A DNA stretch of 64,000 nucleotides from Lingula anatina (Eukaryota; Animalia; Brachiopoda): positions 17,170,587 to 17,234,586 of the forward strand of contig CM120648.1 in NCBI GenBank assembly GCA_051362555.1. The letters run 5' to 3'. The notes below the pieces were generated by a model. That model searched no databases, was not told the DNA's origin, and saw nothing but the letters and a program-made list of their open reading frames with translations. Below, one piece after another: positions 26,896-39,897 of this stretch. Position 1 is the stretch's first letter. Each line of letters opens with the position of its first letter. The position numbers and the translations under genes were made by a program.

Positions 26896-27724
26896 CTACT
26901 CCTTGTCACTGTCTGTGACTTCCTCCTTGTCCACTACCTCAAAACCATTCTCTTTTCCTTCTGACCCAGACCCACTCTCCTCCTCCGGCTCCTCTTCACT
27001 ACCAGCGCCATCTATCTTTTTGGAGTCAGCTTCACTTTCTTCCTCCTTGTCTGAAGACTTCTCTTTCTTTTTCTTTTCAGTCTTTTTATCCGATTCTTTT
27101 TCTTTTGATTTGTCCTTCTGCTCTTTCTTCCCATCTGAATCTACTGTTTTCACGGATGGTCTGTATTCATATGTGTATAAAGGTTTAAAAGAGTCAAAGA
27201 AGCCGACATCCTCGGTTAAGTTAGGCAAGATCCACAGATGATGGTGTCCAAAAGTCACCGCCCAGATTATTCCAAATAAGATGGCACGCACTGCAAGAAA
27301 AACAAGAATGATGTCAATTCCTTTAATTAAAAAATACAGAGTGACAAAGAGTGACTGAGTCTGCAATATTTTTCACCAAGGCCCGTTGTGTTCTTTTGGT
27401 TAAATATATTTTTTTGACAAATCTTACTTGGAAAAAACTATTTTGAATCTTAATTAAAGTCATTTTTACAGGTCCTGCCATGGAGTTATAACAACAATTA
27501 TAGAGAATTAAAGAGAGCCTAGCATTACAACGTATTATTACAAATACCAGGTCTCAAATTTTACTGGACAGGCAAAACTGTGACACTTTACTGTGTCTAC
27601 TCACCCACAGCTAGGCCGAGAATACACCCAATGAACCCTGCAGCTGCTAAACTCAGGTAGTAGACGCCCAGGCGGACCTCTGGCGGCCATAGTGGAAATA
27701 AACACACGGCTATGGACCCCAGCA
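26896..27724 (-). CDS. SEC62: Duplicated SEC62 terminal exons 7' (27724-27605) and 8' (27290-26896), intact frame with FEVV motif; candidate alternative 3' end
   Basis: Near-identical to 33454-33335 and 33018-32623, with intact acceptors/donor and an open frame to TAG. No copies of exons 1-6 lie in the duplicated unit. Confidence 0.75.
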
Positions 27725-30700
27725 CTGTAACACACACACAGAGAATGAATCAAAGGGTATATTTTGATGAGTGGAAGAAGATATACTCAACATTTTAGCA
27801 TGTATGAGATTTAATGCACAATATGCAATGATCTAAACAGGACTGCTTTTCATTTTTTAAATGCACCTTCTTTTGTACCTAAAAAATATCACATCACCAA
27901 TAAAGCCCAATGACAATTGTTTTATGACTGTTTTCTATCAACGGACGCTATCATGACATAGACCCCATTTCCAGAGATTAGATCGATCTACTTTAGATGG
28001 ACCTAACTCCCTAGGGGTTCACGCTAAATAGCTGTCAGCCGAGCGGGCACGAAAGTTAATTACCCCCTTACAGCTTGTAGTAGGCGGGACGGACATTTAA
28101 GCAGGATTATCTGACAGTAATCTAGTGAGACTCCCCGCGGGGATAGATCGATCTAAAAGCTCCGGGAATACGCCCATACATACCTAGGGAATATGTTATA
28201 AGACCATGGCGACATGATAATCACTGAAGCCTGTCCATTTAGCCAAGCTTCATTGAAGATCGAGGACAACCTCGAGCCGCTACCCAAACATATCTCGCTT
28301 CACTCGACATTTCTGCGTAGCGTCTCTTGGAAAACTCGAATTTAACCTCGATGTAGTCTAGAATTTCACGACTACATCTTAGTTAAATCAGTCGAGGTCT
28401 CTTAAATGCTGAAAGCCAAAGACAGTGATCATGTGACCTTCTTGGCATCAAGAGAATAGTGACGTTGCTTGCGTTATATACCTACCAGTAGACAAATTTA
28501 AAATCTCTCACACTCTTAAATAAGTAGCATAAACTTTTCACGTTTAACAATTATTATTTATAATTTTATTACACTAACATATGGGTATGGTTTGGAAACG
28601 GGGTTTCGTTTACATTTAAGGCACACGTGCATACAAATTATTGGTAAATCTATAACTTTTTAACGAGGGTTGTGCTATTTACTGTTTGTTATTAAGCTAT
28701 TTTTCCTCTTTATCAGATATATCGGTAAAAATCAAATATATTCCCCCTTTGAAATTGTAATTACATGTAGCACATGAATGCTTTGAAAACCAGCACATGT
28801 ATATTTTGAAACCGCCTCGTAGTAAAAAAAATGTGAGATTTTCTTGACAAGAAATAACAGAATGCCACTTTCTTTACAATTGGTTGCATGGCGACTGGAC
28901 ATCTTCAATAGCGATACCATCCTTTGCGCTCTACTGGACGGTACATTTGAGGTGGTCATTTTGTTATCACTTTACTCGAATACCAAGAGATGATTACACG
29001 CTTGAATATCGAAACAAATTCAACGAGACAAAGTAGATAATAACAGGGCCGCTAAACGATCATCAGGATACGGTAGTCTAATTGGAATCTCTCCACAGAA
29101 TACAATACGTTATAAAGTACGCTGCACTGAGCTTTACGCGAAGTAGAGCAGATAATCAGGGAATTCAACCCGCTTGGCAACAGATTTCGCTGTGGAGGCG
29201 GGATCATTTTCTTTAGTTCCCAATTAATTGCGATAAACACTGTCTCTCAATTTTTACCCAAATGTTTGTGGAGACAGAAATTAAAGTGGAGAGTAGAAAT
29301 GACCAGATATACAGCGATAAGGTCACCGGCTGCATACAGCTTATCAAAATAAGAAACGTGGACTAGAATTACTGCAGCGGGCTGTGTGCATTCTAAAATC
29401 TACAATTATGTTTTAACTTTTTAATGTTTTTTTCTTACTTTTTGTTTTCATGACCAGTGAAGTTTGTAGGCTGATAATACCGGGTGGACCAAAGAGCTGG
29501 TGTATAACACCGTTAGCTGTGCTTGGGTGGGTGGGTGGGTGGGTGGGTGGGGGGGGGGGGGGGGGCGTGGATAATACGACTTGGCAAGGAATGACGCACG
29601 GTGCGGTCTATTGTTTTGTTTGTTTGTTTAATATAAAAACGTGATTTAAAATACAATACAGGGTTGTTCTCAAAAATTCTAATTAAGTTAGGAAAACAGT
29701 TAAGAAATCAATTCGCAGATTCGTCTCTATCAACAGCATTACATAAATATACACTCGAGTGTATTTAGCCTACCTTGTGTGAAAGTTATTATTTTCAAAA
29801 TTTAAATATCATTTCCCTTTTATAAATGCTTGGGCTATTATAAAAATATAGCTAGAGATATTCCCATATCTACACTGCATCATCAAAGCAGAAAAGATAG
29901 CAGAATTCACCACATATTTCTGCAAGTACAACTGTAGTAATAATACTGCCAGGGGCGGATCGAGGATTATTTAAAGGGGGGGGGGTCCGTTTTTAGGAAT
30001 GACAGGCTTCGGATATGAAGCCGACACTCGTCTCTCCCTTCACATGGCGTAAGGCTCGGGGTCCGCTAGGCCCCTAAAAATTTTAGTATTTTAGAGAGCG
30101 AACGGTGCCATTTGGTACGGTTTAGAACTAAAATTCACCTATACTAGTCAAAATTCTAATTTAAAGAGGGGACCATTGGTGTGACTTATTCAGAAATCGA
30201 GAGGGGGGTGTCAGGACCCCCTGATAACCCCCTAAATCCACCTATGACTCATTTGTCACAAACTGAGAAATTATCCACATGAAATATTTCGATGGACCGT
30301 CGGCCATCTTGGTCAGTAGCTTAGTGACCCAAGTGAAGGTTGAAATGCGATGCAAGTACAGTGCACGTATACTGTCCGTAATACCCTCTTCGCACGGCGT
30401 CTGAGCGGAGGTAGACGGTGGCCGTGCAAAATCGCACGGAATCGTACGGATTTAAGGCAATGTAATGTAGACATACTCGGCGTAGCCCGTAGCTCCTTAC
30501 GATTTCAATAAATAAATAAATAAAATAAAATAAAATAAAATAAAATAAAATAAAATAAAATAAAATAGTACGGACAATTTCATCGCACGGCGCCCGTGGA
30601 AATATAATCTAGAGTTGAGTAATCTCATGGGAGGACTTGTTTAACTTGTAACAAGGGGATTTTTACTACTATCATAGTGATGAAACGTATTCACTCTTTT

Positions 30701-32803
30701 TACACGATTACCTAAAGTAAATGTTCTCCTTTGTTTTAGACTTACCTATTTTTGTGCACTAGATCTATACAGCTATTTATGACGAATCTTCCAAGATGAC
30801 GTACTTAGGTATTGTGCTAGGGAAGATAAAACGCATTGCGAGAAAGCATCAAGTAGAAATTCTTAGACGTTGTGCTAGAGTAGGTAGAACGCACTGTGCG
30901 AACGCTTCAAGTAGCGCTACTAAGCCATTGTGCTAGATAAGACAAAACGCACTGTGAGATGTCGCCTTAGAGCCAGAGCAAGAGAAACCTAGACTAGTGA
31001 CATCTCAAATGTTGAAAAAATATATGCCGACTGATTTTTTTTTTTTTTTTTTTTTTTTGGTCATTAAACAATGCTTATAACTTTGACCTGGCAAAGAGAT
31101 TAATTGCAGCAGATGAGCCTTTTCTTATATTTTATCTTGTAGTGTCCACAGAATTTTGATTTTCATAGAACTTCAAAGAAAATGACATCAATAGTTTATT
31201 CTATGAATTGTCAAGAAAACAAACACTAATGTTAATGAATGATCTTGCCTTTTTATACATAGACCCCATAAATAAATAAAAATGCCGCTTTCCTTAATCT
31301 TGCCTGTTCTCCACATTCCTGAAACTAAAATGCAAGACTTTTTTATTGTGTTCACGATGGCCATTTCTGAAAATAAACCAAAATAACCCAATGTAATAAC
31401 CTAGTAATGTAAACAGAAGTTAGTTTCATTTCTTATATATTAAACAAAAAAAAATTACATTTTATCCCAGCTGTAAAAACGTGTGGCACCGGTCCCGCCA
31501 CCTAAGTTTTCTACAAATAAATTGAATGCTATCAGTTAATTGAAGTAGACTCAGGCTCCATGGTTTAACAATGCTTGTTTGATTACAATTTATTAATTCA
31601 GATAATCTCTGTTCATAGGACAACTTCTGTAACAGTCATATCACCAAGTTTACAGCTTAACAGTGACTGGGTATTTGGGAAATAAACCTTCACAATACAT
31701 CAATCAGCAGAGGGATCTCTTTAATTATATTACACTACAAGTTAGTCCAACTTTACAAAATGCTTGCATTTTACATATAGTAATTTTTGGCAAGTTCACT
31801 AATATATATGCCTTATTACAAAGTGGTGTATATTACCTGAATTAAAAAAAAATTATGTATAATTATAATAACCCAAGTCCATATTTGTGTATATTTCACT
31901 GTGATCCATACTGAAATATAGGCCTCCAGTCAGAAGTTTTGAAACTTTCTCAAATTTCTTCACCAAACAAAAATAATGTGACATGTTTTAAGGAAGTGTA
32001 CACTGTAATTTTACTGTCATTTCTCAAGCACCATTCAGTTTCTATAAAGTCTTCCAACTGCTCTATGCAAGAGAGAAAACTACCTGTGCTTAAAACATTG
32101 TACTTAACTGCATGGTGAAGGAGAATATTTGTGTGTAAAAAAAAAAAAAAAAAGAGGTCTGAGATTTATAAAACATTTCTACCCACAGTTAGAATTATTT
32201 GATTTGAAGGTAATGGACTTCAGATCAACATTGAGATTATGTTCAGAACCTGGTTGTTCATCTCTCCTGGCGTCAACAGTGTTTTCAAGGATGAACACAT
32301 TGAGTCACCACTTGTTCTTATCACACCACTTCTGAATACTTAACCTTCATTTAACACAGCTTTTCAACTCAAACATATATTTCTACTCTGAATATCAAAG
32401 TTTCTATTTTTATTTAATTCTATGATGACTTCAAACTGGAAAAGTGAATATAACTGAGGAGCAGGTGTCTTGTTAAGAAAAAAAAATGTTATGTAGGACA
32501 TTGTTATGTTATGTGTATCCAAGAATGCATCAGTACTATCATACTATGATCCCGTAACCATGGTTTGTAGTATGTCTTCTTTCATTTTTTTTTTTTGTTA
32601 AATAAAATACCATTGTGTAAGTCTACTCCTTGTCACTGTCTGTGACTTCCTCCTTGTCCACTACCTCAAAACCATTCTCTTTTCCTTCTGACCCAGACCC
32701 ACTCTCCTCCTCCGGCTCCTCTTCACTACCAGCGCCATCTATCTTTTTGGAGTCAGCTTCACTTTCTTCCTCCTTGTCTGAAGACTTCTCTTTCTTTTTC
32801 TTT

Positions 32804-35800
32804 TCAGTCTTTTTTATCTGATTCTTTTTCTTTTGATTTGTCCTTCTGCTCTTTCTTTCCTTCTGAATCTCCTGTTTTCACTGCTGGTCTGTATTCGTAT
32901 GTGTATAAAGGTTTAAAAGAGTCAAAGAAGCCGACATCCTCGGTTAAGTTAGGCAAGATCCACAGATGATGGTGTCCAAAAGTCACCGCCCAGATTATCC
33001 CAAACAAGATGGCACGCACTGCAAGAAAAACAAGAAAGATGTCAATTCCTTTAATTAAAGAATACAGAGTGACAAAGAGTGACCGAGTCTGCAATATTTT
33101 TCACCAAGGCTCGTTGTGTTCTTTTGGTTAAATATATTTTTTTGACAAATCTTACATGGAAAAAAAACTATATTGAATCTAAATTAAAGTCATTTTTACA
33201 GGTCCTGCCATGGAGTTATAACAACAATTATAGAGAATTATAGAGAGCCTAGCAATACAATGTTTCATTACATATACCAGGTCTCAAATTTTACTGGACA
33301 GGCTAAACTGTGACACTTTACTGTGTCTACTCACCCACAGCTAGGCCGAGAATACACCCAATGAACCCCGCAGCCGCTAAACTCAGGTAGTAGACACCCA
33401 GGCGGACCTCTGGCGGCCATAGTGGAAATAAACACACGGCTATGGACCCCAGCACTGTAACACACACACAGAGAATGAATGAAAGGGTATATTTTGATAA
33501 GTGGACGAAGATATACTCAACACTTTAGCATGTATGAGATTTAATGCACAATATGCAATGATCTAAACAGGACTGCTTTTCATTTTTTAATGCACCTTCT
33601 TTTGTACCTAAAAAATATCATATCACCAATAAAGCCCAATGACAATTTTTTTATGACTGTTTTCTAAACTCACCCAATAAAAGACCAATGATGAATGTTT
33701 TCGGAGAGACAGGATCGTAGACCCAGACGTACATTTCATCCCCATCCAAAAACATCTGATCTATGTCGTCCACATGAAGTTTTATAATTCTTTCTTTCTT
33801 TTTCTTTTCTTTCTCTCCATCCTGAAAAATAAAATAAAACATTTATAAACTGAAGCTGCAGTTTTCATCTTTTTGTTCCTTTTGAAGTTCTTGGGGCAAA
33901 TAAATAATAGATGCATTTTTTTTTTTGTTGTTGTTGTTGTTTGTTTCTTATGCGTAGCACTGTATCTAAGAGACTGTGAATGTAGCACAAGTAAATCACC
34001 AGCTCTGGAAATAACCTGTCTCAGATATAACAGCTAACAGAAGTAACAGTCCGGAAATACTTCACCTTCTTTTTCTCTTTCTCTTCTTTTTCCTCCTTTT
34101 CAGCTTTCTTTTTCTTTTTTGAGGACTTGGATTCCTCTGTCTTCTCTTTTTCTCCTTTCTTTCCTTCTTTGTCTTCCTCTGCTTCTTTCTTTCCCTTTTT
34201 CTTTGATTTCTTTTCCTACGAAATGAGACATAAAATAAAGATAGAAAAGAAATTAGTTTGGAAATCAAAGATTTGCCATTCTCAAAATTCTCACGATATT
34301 TGTGTTCATTATTTAGGTTTGCCATTCTTAATATCCTACCAATGTTCAATTCTAAAAACATTTCTATCATCATTTTCTCCATTCCCCTGAGCTGCAGGGA
34401 TGGTGCGAGCCAGCTTCTTTAGTTTCAGACCTCCACACATGCGAGTACATCAACAGATGCGACAAATGGATTTTAATTTCACAGTGTAGAAGTTGACCTT
34501 TATCTTCTCTGTAACTGAGACCACAACCACATACCTGCCATTCAAACCAGCCACTACCTAGGGAAATTTCTACACTAAACTATACCACAAAACAGTCTCC
34601 ATAACACTGCAGGGACATATGTGTCTGTGTTTTGTGTGTGTGTGTGGGGGTGTGTTTTATTATTATTGTTATTATTGCAAACATCACAACACAATTTAAA
34701 AAGTAGATCTAAACTACTACACCTCATCCAGTCCAGTGTCCTCTCCACTTTCCAACGCCTTCTTTTTCTTCTTTTTGTCTTTCTTCTCCACCTTAGCAGC
34801 ACGGTGGAACATGCCCTTCATCAGCAAGCTGAGGGAAAAATAACACTCTTATCAGATCATTAACATGTACTCTACTTCATTCAGTATTACTTTATCAGCA
34901 AGCTGGGGGAAAACACTCTCTAGTGAGATCATTAACACATACTATAGTCTACTTCATTCAGTATTACTTTATCAGCAAGCTGGGGGAAAACACTCTCTAG
35001 TGAGATCATTAACACATACTATAGTCTACTTCATTCAGTATTACTTTATCACCAAGCTGGGGGAAAACACACTCTAGTGAGATCATTAACACATACTATA
35101 GTCTACTTCATTCAGTATTACTTTATCACCAAGCTGGGGGAAAACACACTCTAGTGAGATCATTAACACATACTATAGTCTACTTCATTCAGTATTACTT
35201 TATCACCAAGCTGGGGGAAAACACACTCTAGTGAGATCATTAACACATACTATAGTCTACTTCATTCAGTATTACTTTATCACCAAGCTGGGGGAAAACA
35301 CACTCTAGTGAGATCATTAACACATACTATAGTCTACTTCATTCAGTATTACTTTATCACCAAGCTGGGGGAAAACACACTCTAGTGAGATCATTAACAC
35401 ATACTATAGTCTACTTCATTCAGTATTACTTTATCACCAAGCTGGGGGAAAACACACTCTAGTGAGATCATTAACACATACTATAGTCTACTTCATTCAG
35501 TATTACTTTATCACCAAGCTGGGGGAAAACACACTCTAGTGAGATCATTAACACATACTATAGTCTACTTCATTCAGTATTACTTTATCACCAAGCTGGG
35601 GGAAAACACACTCTAGTGAGATCATTAACACATACTATAGTCTACTTCATTCAGTATTACTTTATCACCAAGCTGGGGGAAAACACACTCTAGTGAGATC
35701 ATTAACACATACTATAGTCTACTACATTCAGTACATTCTGATGGACATTTATCTGTACAGTCTGTTGATAATGACCATCTGTTCAAAATTTTCACTTTAT

Positions 35801-37985
35801 ACACACAATTGAGACTTAACCTCACGGTCACCCAGCTGATGTTATCTATTCTATTTGTTAAATACTGCATAAAGACCATAGATATGTTTCAGAATCTATT
35901 CCAGGACTGAGGATGAGATGAGTGACAGGAGCTGACAGCTGTGACTGGTCTCCTGCTGTATATCACAGCACTTCTAATAACAGCCAATTAAGTTGTCTCC
36001 CGGGGCGGTATTCTCGAATGTTTTCGACGCCGAAATTTTTTTCGTCTTCGATTCGTTAAAAAATTCGTGAACGATTCGTGGTATTCTGGAAGCTATCGAA
36101 ACGAATACGATTTGAAAATGAATCCTTGTTGAAATCGTGACCTAATTCCAGACTCGGAACTTTCCTCTCTCATGAGGCAAGAAAATACATCAAAATAAAG
36201 GATTGGAGCGAGCAGTTTCCTCATAAAACCCTTAATTATCACATTCTCCTGTTGTGAGGGGAGGAAACTGCTTGACCACTTAAGTAGATGTTAGATCATT
36301 TTTGACCTTAAAAGCAGATTCAGTCCATTTTAAGACTACTGCCGTAATGATTAAGATCGTGTAAGAGCACTTGTGATCTTAAATTGCACTTTAAGACCAA
36401 ATCCAGCCCACTAGTGATTAAAAACTCATTGCAAGGAAATATCCTGGGAATCAAAGTTTTTTTTTTTTTTTTACTTATTTATTCATTTATTTATTTTGGG
36501 GGGAGGGGACAAAACTGTCCTTCTGGCTAGAAGAGGTCAACTCTGAACCAAACAAAAATCAAGGTTCTGTCCTTGTCAACAAGGTCCACTTTTTTTAAGG
36601 AAACAAACTCCTCTTCCTTTCAAAATATTGGCTACAGGCTAAGTTATAATAATATAATATAATAAACTATGACACTGGTCATCTGCTTTATTTATGCTAC
36701 ATGCCGAAAGTTAGTGGGCTATTTAATAAGTGAAACAACCATCACTTCACTCCAGTTCCTGCTTATTCACTTACTTATGGCAATAGTCTACACAAGACTC
36801 TCTCGTTGTAAACAATGCATGGTCTCCTTTGGTCCATTTGGAGTCCAGAAGTTTATCCACTGCATCTTTTGCTGAAAGACAATGTTACAGTAATTCATGA
36901 ACACTTTTGTATTGAATAAAAGCAAACAAACTTTCTGCTGAAAGTGAACAATTTCATGATTTTGGCATGACCTGCAACATGCATTCAGTTCACACTGGTG
37001 AAAAGGATGACATCCTAAATTTTTTACATATACTTTAAAAGAAATAAATATTTTTTCAACACCAGACATTTTTACCTAGTCCTTACATTTTCCCTACACA
37101 CAGTAAAAATACCCTCCCACTACCAAAAAATAAACAAAATTATAAATAAGTGAAAAAAATTAAGTCTACAGAAATATGTTTCGGATATTCTCCAGTGAAT
37201 AAATTGCTTCCATTAACATTGGAAAAACAGGGGAGAGGTGGGGGGGGGGATATTATGGCCACTCCTCAATGATTACCTATGAAATATTTCACATCCATTC
37301 CCATCAGCTTGCCTTCTTTACAGGGGACGTTAAAACGAAGATATTTTCCCACAGCATATTCTTCTTTTGTGGGCTTTTCTGACTCCCCCTGGAAGAAAAT
37401 AGCACACCTTTAATATGATTTATTTCCACACGTTTATACATCTAAACATATGTTTTTATTTTCTTTTAGTCAGGAAATCCACTTATTTATCCCCCTTTCC
37501 ATTTCAAATTTCTGGCTAATTACATACATCTATTTTTTATTTTATTTATTTTATCTTTTAATTCTTAATTTTAAAAACAATATGCAAATGTTTGACCAAT
37601 GTTTGAACATATAATTTAATCATTCTAAACAATTCTAATCAGTAACAAAGTCCAAGGATACGCTGCAATATCTCCAAGCAACAAAATCAAACAGGTGCAA
37701 AAACAAGTACCCTGAGCTAATGATAAAGAAAATAAAAAAACTTCAAACAGCTGTTTAGTCGCTGAGGAAGCAGAAATCTTGTCTGACGTGGACATATGTA
37801 CTAACAAATGCTGCAGTTAACTTGCTTTGTTCAGAACGAAATAAACCTCGGTGTGCTATTATTTTGACTAGAAGCGTTCTTCTGTAGATATTATTGCCTG
37901 TAATAAAATAAAATTCTCGATATGTACTTTAAATTAGTAATCTTACCTCATCTTTTCTCTTTTGCTTTTTTCGTCTTTCCGCCAT
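32804..37985 (-). CDS. SEC62: Translocation protein SEC62, spliced; proximal last exon gives about 328 aa as assembled (about 388 aa if the frameshift is an error or the distal exon is used)
   Basis: Exons (minus strand): 37985-37947 (MAERRKKQKRKDE), 37388-37277 (KPTKEEYAVGKYLRFNVP), 36871-36775 (AVDKLLDSKW...FTTRESCVDY), 34828-34723 (MFHRAAKV), 34215-34066 (K/E-rich), 33821-33674 (DQMFLDGDEMYVWVYDP), 33454-33335 (IAVCLFPLWP...GVYYLS), 33018-32804 (HHLWILPNLTEDVGFFDSFKPLY). GT-AG sites and phases are consistent. An A6 run (A5 in the distal copy) at 32810-32815 gives an early TGA; the uncorrected stop is at 32623-32625. Confidence 0.95.
34820..35733. repeat. 77-bp tandem minisatellite (about 12 units) in SEC62 intron 3, built from the exon-4 acceptor
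   Basis: The unit TTACTTTATCACCAAGCTGGGGGAAAACACACTCTAGTGAGATCATTAACACATACTATAGTCTACTTCATTCAGTA recurs every 77 nt (34895, 34972, 35049 ... 35665). Confidence 0.97.
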
Positions 37986-38546
37986 GCCTGTATGATAGCG
38001 GAAGTTATTGTACGCGAGTCGTAAAGTTGTGATTGAGTATTTTACAAGAAATAGGCATGCAACAAATACTGCGGCTTCTCTTATTCATTTTCTCTTTTTT
38101 ATGTTGAATATATTATCATACGTTGTAGTCGATATGTTTACATTCCTTTTTTTACAAAAATATGGTGAAAAAATGCAATCATCATTCGTGCACGTATACA
38201 CTGACCCGGAAAAAAAGCTGCCTGAAACATGGTAGCAATCCAAAGCTTTGTCTCGTTTCGGTCAAAATGTTTTTCTTTATTTAAGTGGAACATGATTGAA
38301 AGCGAGGTCACTACTTTATTATTTCTGGACTTTGCGAGCGAGTAGGAGTGTTTGTACACAGCAATGATCACATGACGAAATAGGTCATGCACACCTTCTG
38401 ATCCGGATTTAAGTCAGTCAGAAACTAGCAGAAGAGACCATATGTGAAATTACTCGATGGTAATTGGGGAGAAATGTCTTAGAATGCGACAGATCACGGA
38501 GGACGCTGAATAAACCGCTCAGGCCAAGTACACATAACTTGTAAGT
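37986..38546. promoter_or_regulatory. Putative bidirectional promoter between SEC62 and the SLC7A gene, with a probable non-coding first SLC7A exon ending at the donor GTAAGT (38541)
   Basis: Head-to-head arrangement. ETS-like GCGGAAGT at about 37998. The SLC7A ATG lies 6 nt after an acceptor (TTTTTCAG, ending 40068), so an upstream UTR exon is needed. The choice of donor is inferred. Confidence 0.5.
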
Positions 38547-39851
38547 CCTCAACTTAATTTCAAGTTTAGTGTTCATGTTATAAAAATCACTCATTGTCGT
38601 ATCTTTTGCACATTTTCAGCATCCGTATGGCAGGAAATTGGTAGTCCTAGGAATGGAAGCCCGAGCTCCCATATGTAGCACTATTAGTGGTGGTAGTATT
38701 AGTACGGGTTATATAGGGTTAGAGAATTAATGCAGTTCGTATCATATGTGGAACGTATTTAATGTCACCTGTGCAAAGTAATGGGGAACGTACATGTACT
38801 ACAGTTCCTACATGTAGCGAGCGGACTATCATTGCTGTATGTCACACTGGTTCTTTGTTTGATTTCTGTGGGTGGTTATTAAGTATCATTATCCTGTCAT
38901 CTCTGCTAGCACTGATGATTTCCCTGTTGAGTGAGCTTGAAAGGAGAGGCGGAGGGGGGGGGGGGGGAGGGGGGCACTTGCTGGTCTCAGGTAGACTGCA
39001 CGGTTAACTCACAGGTCATCGTGACATGAGATACACTGAAGTAGCCCCTGTACAACAACACTGCAGACCTGGATGGTTTAAAATTATATTCACAATATAA
39101 GCAACCAAGATATTATAGAATTTTTATAAACTGTAGGCACAGTAACTTCTCAATGACTGCTGTGAAGCTAGGGCAGAAATATCATTTATTTATTTATTTA
39201 TTGGTAACAATTAACATGTAAAATTATATCAGTAAAGGTTTATTTTGTAGATATTGTACAGTAGACAACATTCATATTGTTAATTTTAGAAGTTGTAGTC
39301 ATGTTTTATATTTTTTTTAAATCGATTTTATTATCTAGTGACAGTTTTAGAAATAAATACCCGGTATGATACAGTGTGACAAAAAAAATTACAGTGAACG
39401 AGTGGCTAAGATACGGTTTATAAAATTATACTCGTTAATTGTGCATACAGGGTCACAATACAAGGTACATGTAGATGTATATTATATTGATGTCATATGT
39501 TGAAACATATGTATACAATTGTACTATTGGTTAAATGCAACATACTGTGGTAATTTTATCTGCCGGTTATATAAATCTACAAGTGATAACATTATGAATA
39601 TGGCCAGTCTATATGTGACCATGTAAACTGCATACATTATGTATTTTGTTCTGTCATAGTACCTATTAGGGCAGTATCAATTACATAATCATTGTCAGGG
39701 TTGGATTCATATTTTGAGCTTGCACAATAGCTGTGAGGTATCTATTATGTACCAGCCATGAGCAGGATTGGCAATATTATATGATACTCAGCAGAAGCTG
39801 TTAAACATTTCGTTCTCAAAGTAATGGGAAGGACAGCAGAACAGGCACATT

Positions 39852-39897
<46 letters not shown>

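Larger units (their letters stand above)
21602..33666. repeat. Tandem segmental duplication (copy A 21602-27937, copy B 27942-33666) covering SEC62 exons 7-8, the 3' UTR and downstream repeats
   Basis: The copies are colinear and highly similar. The junction reads GTTTTCTA-TCAA-CGGACG at about 27930-27947. Copy B lacks about 660 bp (A about 22498-23157). Confidence 0.95.

Noticed and set aside
26896-27724. Processed retrocopy of SEC62
   Set aside because: It retains introns and kilobases of flanking DNA, so it is a DNA-level duplication.
34062-34382. Lys/Arg-rich 106-aa ORF as a separate gene
   Set aside because: It is the alternative frame of SEC62 exon 5 plus intron sequence.
34820-35733. 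CRISPR-like regular array
   Set aside because: The units are identical end to end with no unique spacers, there are no cas genes, and it lies in a eukaryotic intron; it is a minisatellite.
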